This document shows positions 16,548 to 22,629 of a stretch of 25,180 nucleotides of DNA, in pieces. The position numbers and the translations under genes are program-made. Origin of the DNA: a virus (Duplodnaviria > Caudoviricetes); the IMG/VR virus record IMGVR_UViG_3300031668_000007, positions 1-25,180 of that record; one strand, given 5' to 3'. The notes beneath the pieces are model-generated. The model was not told the DNA's origin and did not search any database. It saw only the letters and a list, made by a program, of their open reading frames with translations. Numbering within the stretch: the stretch's first letter is position 1; each line of letters starts with the position of its first letter.

Positions 16548-16640
16548 CCTGCGCTGCATGTAGACCCATAGGCAGATGCAGCCTACGATCGGGCCCACCG
16601 TCAGGATCCACGCCCAGATGAACTGCGTACTGGGGTTCAC
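16545..16640 (-). CDS. 31-aa single-pass membrane peptide
   Basis: Below the ORF-track cutoff: MNPSTQFIWAWILTVGPIVGCICLWVYMQRR; GTG start after CCAGGGAGGT; stop at the base of a hairpin element. Confidence 0.75.
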   Translation of the reverse strand: MNPSTQFIWAWILTVGPIVGCICLWVYMQRR

Positions 16641-16657
16641 ACTGACCTCCCTGGTTA

Positions 16658-16718
16658 CAGCGTACCGTATGGCACACTGGGATAGGTCAGGTGTTACCCT
16701 GACCCTCCCACTATGTCA
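16658..16718 (-). repeat. G.G-mismatch hairpin element, copy 3
   Basis: UGACA-UAG.UGGGA-GGGUCAGG-GUAACA-CCUGACCU-(A)-UCCCA.GUG-UGCCA; alternative CAGUGUGCC-AUAC-GGUACGCUG. Confidence 0.85.
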
Positions 16719-17027
16719 CTCTTCGGTTGCTTCCAGCTTGATGGGGTACCTGCTGGCGAGCCTTGCGGTCCTGCGCTCGTTCTTCTCGTACTCGGCGCGC
16801 AGGCTGTTGATCGCGGCGATGATCTCAACGTTACGATCCCTCAGTTTCAGGATCTCCTGGATCGCCTTGATCTGATCAGCGCCGGTGGGCTTCTTGAAAG
16901 CCGACCTGCTGCGCTTACCGTTGTTCGGCTGGTGGGCTTCGTACGCTTTCCCATTCTGCGTTCTGGGCTTGCGTACGCGACCTGCCTGGATCTGTTGCGC
17001 GTTCACCTTGCGGCTTACACGTCCCAT
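16716..17027 (-). CDS. basic hypothetical protein with C-terminal coiled coil
   Basis: 103 aa; CCAGGGAGGT RBS. Confidence 0.8.
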   Translation of the reverse strand: MGRVSRKVNAQQIQAGRVRKPRTQNGKAYEAHQPNNGKRSRSAFKKPTGADQIKAIQEILKLRDRNVEIIAAINSLRAEYEKNERRTARLASRYPIKLEATEE

Positions 17028-17054
17028 TGATCTTACCTCCCTGGTGGTTACCTT

Positions 17055-17116
17055 GGTGCGAGGTGCACCGGGATAGGGCAGATCTGGCGACCTGCCCCTA
17101 CCCGCTACGTCCCGCG
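17055..17116 (-). repeat. G.G-mismatch hairpin element, copy 2
   Basis: G-UAG.CGGG-UAGGGGCAGGUC-GCCA-GAUCUGCCCUA-(U)-CCCG.GUG-C; alternative GGUGC-ACCUC-GCACC. Confidence 0.8.
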
Positions 17117-17123
17117 CTTGCCC

Positions 17124-17381
17124 CTACGCTGCCAGGGCGGCCAGCTGCGCTTCCAGCGCCGCCTTCCGCTCCTGCAGCTTGGCCAGCTTGGCAGCGTCGC
17201 GCTCCAGCTTGGCCTCCGCCGCCGCCGCCTCGCGGACCGTCCGCAGGTTGCCATAGGCCTCCTTGCGAGCCGCGAGCAGCGCGACGATGATCTCAGTGGC
17301 CTCGTCGGCCTGGATCTTGTTGACCTTCGAACCGAGCTTCAGCTCGATGGTGCCACCGTTGATCGTGGTCTCAACCGTCAT
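17124..17381 (-). CDS. Ala-rich coiled-coil hypothetical protein, first gene of the leftward arm
   Basis: 85 aa; AGGAGGT RBS. Confidence 0.8.
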   Translation of the reverse strand: MTVETTINGGTIELKLGSKVNKIQADEATEIIVALLAARKEAYGNLRTVREAAAAEAKLERDAAKLAKLQERKAALEAQLAALAA

Positions 17382-17408
17382 TTTGCTTACCTCCTAAGGT
17401 AGCGTCAT

Positions 17409-17469
17409 GGTGACGCGTTCTGCGATCACCGGCGCGCGGCCCGATTTCTCAGGCCGCCGCCGCTAACCG
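17409..17469 (-). repeat. G.G-mismatch hairpin element, copy 1 (in the 5' leader)
   Basis: CGGU-UAG.CGGCG-GCGGCCUGA-GAAA-UCGGGCCGC-(G)-CGCCG.GUG-AUCG; alternative GGUGA...UCACC. Confidence 0.85.
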
Positions 17470-17475
17470 TAGGGA

Positions 17476-17498
17476 GGGAGGTTATCTCTTCTTGCGCG
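17476..17498 (-). repeat. 23-24 bp dispersed repeat, copy 2
   Basis: Minus strand CGCGCAAGAAGAGATAACCTCCC, matching 4331-4354. Confidence 0.85.
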
Positions 17499-17754
17499 TT
17501 CGCCCCGGTCGCTACCCGCTACCTGCGACCTCGCCCGCTAAAGGCTTGGACTCTGGGAGGTGGCCTTACCCGACCGGCTAGCTTAGCCCGGTAGCTCGGA
17601 TACGCCCGGCTCCCCCGCGCGCTACGGATCTCCCCCGTAGCCCCGGCGCGATGGCCCTAGGAACGGTCGGAAGGCCAAAGGACCTTGCCTAAACCTAGGA
17701 TCCGCCTAGTAGGTAGCTACTAGCTAACTTCCTACTACTAGAAGGGTACGCCCC

Positions 17755-17797
17755 AGAAGTAAGGACGTCCTAAAGAAGAAGTAAGGACTTCGTAAAG
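17755..17797. repeat. imperfect tandem repeat, 22-nt period
   Basis: AGAAGTAAGGACGTCCTAAAGA followed by AGAAGTAAGGACTTCGTAAAG (2 mismatches in 21). Confidence 0.8.
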
Positions 17798-18304
17798 TCT
17801 CAAAGTGATAAACGCGGGCCTGTAATCCCCAAATCCCAGAGATTGTGGCTCTGAGTTTTCCCTGGTAAATCGGACTTTCTGGGCGAAAAGGTCCGCAAAT
17901 CCCCAGTCGGACAATTGGTCTGACATGTGGTAATGTCAAGCCAATTCGTCAAATACTAATTCATGGGGAATCCGAAAGTGCGGGTGCCACGAACCCAAAA
18001 TGCATGCCAAAAATGCCATATGTCAAATCAGTAGCATACACACAAAGATTTCACGAACATTTCGTCAGAAAAAGTCCGAAATCTCTGAGTTTTCACCCTG
18101 CAAAGAGACTCTAATCCTAAGTCGACCGAAATAAACTCAGAACATGGCGAAAAATCGCTGATTTTACGCTTTAGAAGTGATACGAGTTTGAAGACCATGG
18201 TAAAACGATCCCATGGCACTACATTTCTACGAATAGTAAAGTTATGCTCCACTACACAAAAACCAAACGATTCCCGTAGAACGAGATCGCTAACTGCGGC
18301 CGAC

Positions 18305-18414
18305 CCTCTCGATCGCGCGTGCACGCGAGATCGCGCTCGAACAAAGGTTTGGCACTACGAAAAGTTCCGATTCCACCAAATGCAACGCGAGCGCGTGCAT
18401 GCGCGATCGGGAGG
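18305..18414. repeat. inverted repeat pair (18305-18327/18392-18414), same family as 4437-4533
   Basis: CCTCTCGATCGCGCGTGCACGCG pairs with CGCGTGCATGCGCGATCGGGAGG, 21/23 with two G-T pairs. Confidence 0.85.
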
Positions 18415-18488
18415 CTCCACCGCCTTAGACTCGCCGCCCACCGGCGCGACCCCAGGTAGTAGCAGAAAATCCTCGTCATAAAATCCGC

Positions 18489-18518
18489 CTAGCGTCCCAC
18501 AGAAAAATCCGGTAGACT
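18489..18518 (+). promoter_or_regulatory. candidate phage promoter CTAGC-N17-GG-TAGACT
   Basis: Matches the four-copy consensus; oriented toward the rightward arm. Confidence 0.6.
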
Positions 18519-18662
18519 TCTAGTCGCCGAAACGGGATCCGCCGATTTCGTCAAGGCCACCGGGCGGGTGCGGGATCAACCAAGGGTCCTGGTAGTGTCC
18601 CCGAGGAAGATCTCGCATCTCGCCCGGTTCAGCTTCACCGACACTACCACCAGAAAGGCACA

Positions 18663-19160
18663 ATGGCAACAGTCAGCAAAGTAATCTCCGGCGGTCAAGA
18701 CGGAGCGGATCTGGCAGGTCTCATGACCGCGAGACTTCTCAACATTCCCACCGGCGGGCACATGCCAGCTGGATACCGCACGCGCAGTGGCAGCAAGCCT
18801 GAGTATGCGAAGCGGTACAAGGTGGAAGAACACGGCAGCAAGGACTATCCGCCGCGCACACAGGCCAACGTCGCGAACAGCGATGGGACGATCCGGCTTG
18901 CCACATCTTTCAAGACGCCGGGCGAGAAGTGCACGCTCAAGTACATCTTGATGTACAAGAAGCCGTACATCGACATTCGCATTCACGAGTACGAGCCACA
19001 TCCACCAGCCACTGATCCAGTTTTCAGGATCCGTGTGCAGCCCAGTTCCGTAAGGAACTGGATCGAGAAGCATCAGATCAGGACCCTGAACGTTGCCGGA
19101 AACGCCGACCCGCGCATCGAGGCAGAGGTCATCCGATTTCTGACGGAGGTGCTGCGATGA
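18663..19160 (+). CDS. SLOG-superfamily protein (putative molybdenum-carrier / circularly permuted YpsA-like)
   Basis: KVISGGQDGADLAGL, PTGGHMPAG, YPPRTQANVANSDGT, KKPY and TLNVAGN motifs. Confidence 0.85.
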   Translation: MATVSKVISGGQDGADLAGLMTARLLNIPTGGHMPAGYRTRSGSKPEYAKRYKVEEHGSKDYPPRTQANVANSDGTIRLATSFKTPGEKCTLKYILMYKKPYIDIRIHEYEPHPPATDPVFRIRVQPSSVRNWIEKHQIRTLNVAGNADPRIEAEVIRFLTEVLR

Positions 19161-19462
19161 GTGAGTCACACAGTGGTGAGCCACTGCCCATCACGCTGAG
19201 GGACATCGAGCGGCTGCTGTTCGAGACCCGCGAGTGCATTCACGATGACGAGCAAGGCATCGGTGGGTGGTTTGAGAAGCGCGGGTTCGACTACGAAAGC
19301 ATGCGAGCGTTTTACGTTGGCCTGCTCGCGGCCACCACGATGCAGATTGCGCGCATCGAGCATGCCGGCGGTGACGGCGGTGAGGCTCTGTTTGAGTTGA
19401 TCCTCACGACGTTCATCATCGGCTGGGTCATGAAGGAGCAGTACGGTAAGGGTCGCCCATGA
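19157..19462 (+). CDS. hypothetical protein
   Basis: ATGA overlap; GGAGGT RBS. Confidence 0.75.
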   Translation: MSESHSGEPLPITLRDIERLLFETRECIHDDEQGIGGWFEKRGFDYESMRAFYVGLLAATTMQIARIEHAGGDGGEALFELILTTFIIGWVMKEQYGKGRP

Positions 19463-19830
19463 CCCGTACCTTGCCTCCGCCACCACCGAACATCTGCGAC
19501 GTCTGCCACGGCGAGAGCAAGGGTGCGGTGTACGTTGGCGTAGCAGCAGTGCCGGCGGCTCCGATGAGCGTGGCGTGGTGCCAGAACTGCCTACACGTGA
19601 ACGCGATTCCGCGCCACGTCGCGGAGTACTGGCTGTTCGCGGAGTTTGACAAGCAGCAGTATCCCGATGGTCCTGTCATGCGCAAGAAGCCGCCACGGCA
19701 CTTTCCGCTCGCCGACTGGGCCGGTGAGTTCAAGATCTGGCTGGGACCGGTCGCCGAGTATGCGAAGCTGAAGGATTGCTACAAGACTCTTTGGAAGCAC
19801 GAGTACGAAAGACAGGGAGGAGACGCATGA
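19459..19830 (+). CDS. putative zinc-binding hypothetical protein
   Basis: CDVC and CQNC pairs; ATGA overlap. Confidence 0.75.
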   Translation: MTRTLPPPPPNICDVCHGESKGAVYVGVAAVPAAPMSVAWCQNCLHVNAIPRHVAEYWLFAEFDKQQYPDGPVMRKKPPRHFPLADWAGEFKIWLGPVAEYAKLKDCYKTLWKHEYERQGGDA

Positions 19831-20126
19831 GCTTCAAGGTCAAGCTCAACTACCACAACCTGCCACCAGGTGTAGACCCACGAGCAGTGGACCCACAGCA
19901 GCTTGCATTGGCCACCGCAGATGCGGCTGCCGAGGCTTCCGCTCGAACGGCAGGTGTACCAGATCTCGTGTACCACATGGTGGAAAGTCTCGAGGTCAAG
20001 CTGCCGCACAACATGACGCTGCGCATCTTCGAGACTGACGAGGACTACGCGATCGTCATGGAGGTCGAGGGTGAGGAGCCGTATGCTCTCGAGACGGTCA
20101 TGAAGGAAAACGATGCCCCATCCTAA
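19827..20126 (+). CDS. hypothetical protein (99 aa)
   Basis: Start moved to ATG 19827 (ATGA overlap, CAGGGAGG RBS): MSFKVKLNYHNLPPG... Confidence 0.75.
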   Translation: MSFKVKLNYHNLPPGVDPRAVDPQQLALATADAAAEASARTAGVPDLVYHMVESLEVKLPHNMTLRIFETDEDYAIVMEVEGEEPYALETVMKENDAPS

Positions 20127-20268
20127 CACCAGTCAGCCACCGCATCCATTCGAGAAGCGGTTCTACACATTGGCATGGATGCTCATCAGAGAGCGGTTCC
20201 GCAAGACACCCAAGCCACCGCCGATCCCACCGCCGACGGGTGTACCGCCGGTCAAGAAGATCCGCTAG
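20113..20268 (+). CDS. 51-aa Pro-rich basic protein
   Basis: Hand translation MPHPNTSQPPHPFEKRFYTLAWMLIRERFRKTPKPPPIPPPTGVPPVKKIR; GAAGGA RBS. Confidence 0.55.
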   Translation: MPHPNTSQPPHPFEKRFYTLAWMLIRERFRKTPKPPPIPPPTGVPPVKKIR

Positions 20269-20299
20269 GCTTCCGGCACACTAGTGGAAGGAGACAGGC

Positions 20300-20368
20300 A
20301 TGTCTCGTAACGTCAGGGTGGTCCGCACCGGCTGGGGCCACTATACCACAAAGCCAGGGGGCCGCTGA
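20300..20368 (+). CDS. 22-aa peptide
   Basis: MSRNVRVVRTGWGHYTTKPGGR after AAGGAG; TGATG coupling to the next ORF. Confidence 0.55.
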   Translation: MSRNVRVVRTGWGHYTTKPGGR

Positions 20369-20568
20369 TGTTCAAGCTCACCGGCTCTGGTGGCTACCGC
20401 AAGGCGAGTGGCGGCTCAACCGTCCCTCGCGTGAATGCTGCGCAGCTGAACCGCGTCGCGTTCGCTCCGGTCCCGACAAGAGGTGCGTGGGTGCCCGAGA
20501 CCATGCAGGAGCAGGGTCAGGATGCCAACACTCCTCGTGCTCAGGGACTGGAACAGATCTACCGCTGA
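20368..20568 (+). CDS. hypothetical protein
   Basis: 66 aa; coupled to the upstream peptide. Confidence 0.6.
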   Translation: MFKLTGSGGYRKASGGSTVPRVNAAQLNRVAFAPVPTRGAWVPETMQEQGQDANTPRAQGLEQIYR

Positions 20569-20573
20569 CGGTC

Positions 20574-20786
20574 ATGGCTGCTCGGCGGCGCAAGCCAATC
20601 AAGATCAAGAAGAGCAGACAGGGATCCTTGCGGCGTGCCACCGGCACGAAGAAGGGCAAGAAGATCCCCGTCAGCACCTTGCGTCGGATGAAGAGGTCCA
20701 AGTCACCGGCCATGCGCAAGAAAGCCACCTTCGCGCTCAACGCACGGAAGTGGCGCAAGACCGGTGGGAGGCGCAAGCGCAGATGA
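20574..20786 (+). CDS. very basic 70-aa protein
   Basis: MAARRRKPIKIKKSRQGSLRRATGTKKGKKIPVSTLRRMKRSKSPAMRKKATFALNARKW...; no acidic residues; ATGA coupling to the next gene. Confidence 0.75.
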   Translation: MAARRRKPIKIKKSRQGSLRRATGTKKGKKIPVSTLRRMKRSKSPAMRKKATFALNARKWRKTGGRRKRR

Positions 20787-21343
20787 ACATCGGTGTCTTC
20801 GGCTGCGACCCTGGCGGCCACACAGGCATTGCCTGGGGTGTGTTCAACCCGCACGCCAAAGGGGGAGCAGCCGAGGCACTGAAGTCCAAGATGTGCGACG
20901 GTAGCACGACCATCGACGGAGACGCACGCTCCCAGATACGGCAGATCGTGAAGCTGTGGCAAGGCTTCTACCGTGAGTGCGTGTTCGTGAAGCAGCTGCC
21001 GCCTGAGAACGTCTGGTTTGTGATGGAGGACTTCATCTACAAGCCTGGGACGATCTACGGCGGCGAGTCCTCTGAGATCAGTACGCAGATCATCTGGGGA
21101 GTCGAGGGTTACAGGATGGGCACAAAGGATGAGTGGTCGAAGCACAAGCGAGGTGCGTTTGCCACTCATATGCCCGACATGATCCTGCAGACCGCTGGTG
21201 AGGCCAAAGGCTACTGCACAAACGACCGAATGAAGGAGTTTGGCATCTGGGTGCGCGGTCGTGAGCATGAGCGTTCGGCATGGGCCCATATCGCAACCTT
21301 TGTGGCCCGGTACATAAAGCAGCACGGGACCAACGGTCGCTGA
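20783..21343 (+). CDS. RuvC-like Holliday junction resolvase
   Basis: Start moved to ATG 20783: MNIGVFGCDPGGHTGIAWG (motif I), FVMEDF (motif II), QTAGEAKG, HERSAWAH. Confidence 0.75.
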   Translation: MNIGVFGCDPGGHTGIAWGVFNPHAKGGAAEALKSKMCDGSTTIDGDARSQIRQIVKLWQGFYRECVFVKQLPPENVWFVMEDFIYKPGTIYGGESSEISTQIIWGVEGYRMGTKDEWSKHKRGAFATHMPDMILQTAGEAKGYCTNDRMKEFGIWVRGREHERSAWAHIATFVARYIKQHGTNGR

Positions 21344-21425
21344 TCCTCCCGATCGCGCGTGCATGCGCGCGCTCTCCTGCGCCCGCGCGCTCGTACGCTC
21401 GCGCGCGCGCGTGCTCGCGGCGCAG
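21343..21425. repeat. solo copy of the CCTCYCGATCGCGCGTGCAYGC repeat plus CG-alternating tract
   Basis: ATCCTCCCGATCGCGCGTGCATGCG at 21343-21367, then (CG)n runs such as 21400-21414. Confidence 0.8.
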
Positions 21426-21477
21426 GCGACCAAATCCGCCACGCTCCTGCAGGTTCAGGTAGCGTACCCACCCAGTC

Positions 21478-21699
21478 ATGCCGTCCAACTTCCCGAGGAA
21501 CGATGCCTACCCAGACTGCCTTCCGCAGACCTGGGTGCCCATCGCACTCGGAGCAGGTCAAGAGCCAAATGCGTATGGTCATGACGGGTCCTTTGAGTGG
21601 GACAGCGGCGCTGATGCCGGTACAACCGTAGATCCGCTTTCAGTTCGCCGCAATGGCGAGCCGATCACGTTCATCTCGCGTTGGCCGGAGCGCTGGTGA
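21478..21699 (+). CDS. hypothetical protein
   Basis: 73 aa; GTGA overlap with the small terminase start. Confidence 0.6.
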   Translation: MPSNFPRNDAYPDCLPQTWVPIALGAGQEPNAYGHDGSFEWDSGADAGTTVDPLSVRRNGEPITFISRWPERW

Positions 21700-22448
21700 G
21701 TCCTGAGGAGCGCAAGAAGCGAGGTCGGCGCAGCGCCACCACCCAGGCTGCCTCAAAGGGTGGCTTCAAGCTTCCCGGCGCGACGCAGAAGCCGCCAAAG
21801 GGCAAGAAGCCAGTCCTTGGTACGAACAGGACTCGCAAGGCTGTGGGCGGTCAGTTCTGTGGCGCCAAGAAGCGCGAGGGTGGGACCTGCCTCCTCGCCG
21901 CAGGCTGGGGCACCAATCATCTGGGCATCGGAGCGTGCAAGTACCACGGTGGCAAACTGCCGAACCATACCAAGCACGCGCTGACGCAGGAGGCCAAGGT
22001 GTTCTTCGGCACGCCGATGGAGATCAACGCCATGGACGCGTTGATGTGGATGATCAAGGTCACGGCTGGCGAGATCAAGTGGCTGTCCGACCAGATGGCT
22101 GGCCTGCAGGAGAAGGACTGGGTGGAGGACACCATTGCGGGTAGACAGTTCCACCTGTATGCCCGTGAGCGGCAGAAGCGCGCAGACAGTTTGGCCCGCT
22201 ACTCTGCGCAAGCGATCAGCCTTGGTATCGCAGAGCGCGCTGTCAAGATGGCGGAGACCTACGCCGACCTGCTGGCGCGGCTCATTCAGGGCATACTCGG
22301 TGACCTGGATTTGACGCCGGAGCAGCGGGCCAAAGCACCCGTGATCGTGCGCAAGCATCTGATTGCCATCGACGGTGGCATGCCTGACGCTGGGCACGCG
22401 AGCCATGCGCGGCTCGCGCTGGAGGCTGGTAGGAGTGAAACAGGTTGA
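21696..22448 (+). CDS. putative terminase small subunit (HGG-motif type)
   Basis: CGAKKREGGTCLLAAGWGTNHLGIGACKYHGG plus helical C-terminus; upstream of TerL; GTG start at 21696 after GGAG. Confidence 0.75.
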   Translation: MSPEERKKRGRRSATTQAASKGGFKLPGATQKPPKGKKPVLGTNRTRKAVGGQFCGAKKREGGTCLLAAGWGTNHLGIGACKYHGGKLPNHTKHALTQEAKVFFGTPMEINAMDALMWMIKVTAGEIKWLSDQMAGLQEKDWVEDTIAGRQFHLYARERQKRADSLARYSAQAISLGIAERAVKMAETYADLLARLIQGILGDLDLTPEQRAKAPVIVRKHLIAIDGGMPDAGHASHARLALEAGRSETG

Positions 22449-22629
22449 GTCCCATGACGACGTCATTGATCTCGTCACCCAGTGGCGACTCAGGCAGCTG
22501 CTCGAAGCTCGGGTCCAGTACGGCACGGCGTTACCTCTTGCTGAAACGACTGAAGACCTCCACCAAATGATCGCTGCCAAGGAGCGCGGTTGTCCAGACG
22601 ATCTGCTACTTCAGATCTATCTCCCGTAG
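22435..22629 (+). CDS. hypothetical protein (64 aa)
   Basis: GTG 22435 after GGAGG; fills the TerS-TerL gap. Confidence 0.6.
   Translation: MKQVESHDDVIDLVTQWRLRQLLEARVQYGTALPLAETTEDLHQMIAAKERGCPDDLLLQIYLP

Noticed and set aside
7973-17469. Hairpin array as a CRISPR array or classical integron attC array
   Set aside because: Repeats are not sequence-identical, and spacers are whole genes of variable length. There are no RYYYAAC/GTTRRRY cores and no integrase in the window. G-U pairs and GNRA loops favour RNA. Recombination is kept only as an alternative hypothesis.
7973-17469. Hairpins as intrinsic terminators
   Set aside because: No U-tracts (unlike the real terminator at 4696-4735), one copy precedes the first gene, and a fixed G.G mismatch is not needed for termination. 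U-less termination in high-GC hosts cannot be fully excluded.
17500-17690. tRNA or tmRNA in the structured leader
   Set aside because: No T-loop GTTCRA, cloverleaf or CCA end recognisable on either strand.
17724-18481. Short ORFs in the AT-rich junction (and 4071..4370, 4543..4728)
   Set aside because: Atypical composition, no RBS, and they overlap repeats; treated as non-coding.
21436-21465. GGTAGCGT upstream of 21478 as a fifth promoter copy
   Set aside because: The -10-like part fits, but there is no CWAGC at 19-nt spacing (CCGCC instead). It may be a different promoter but is not supportable.
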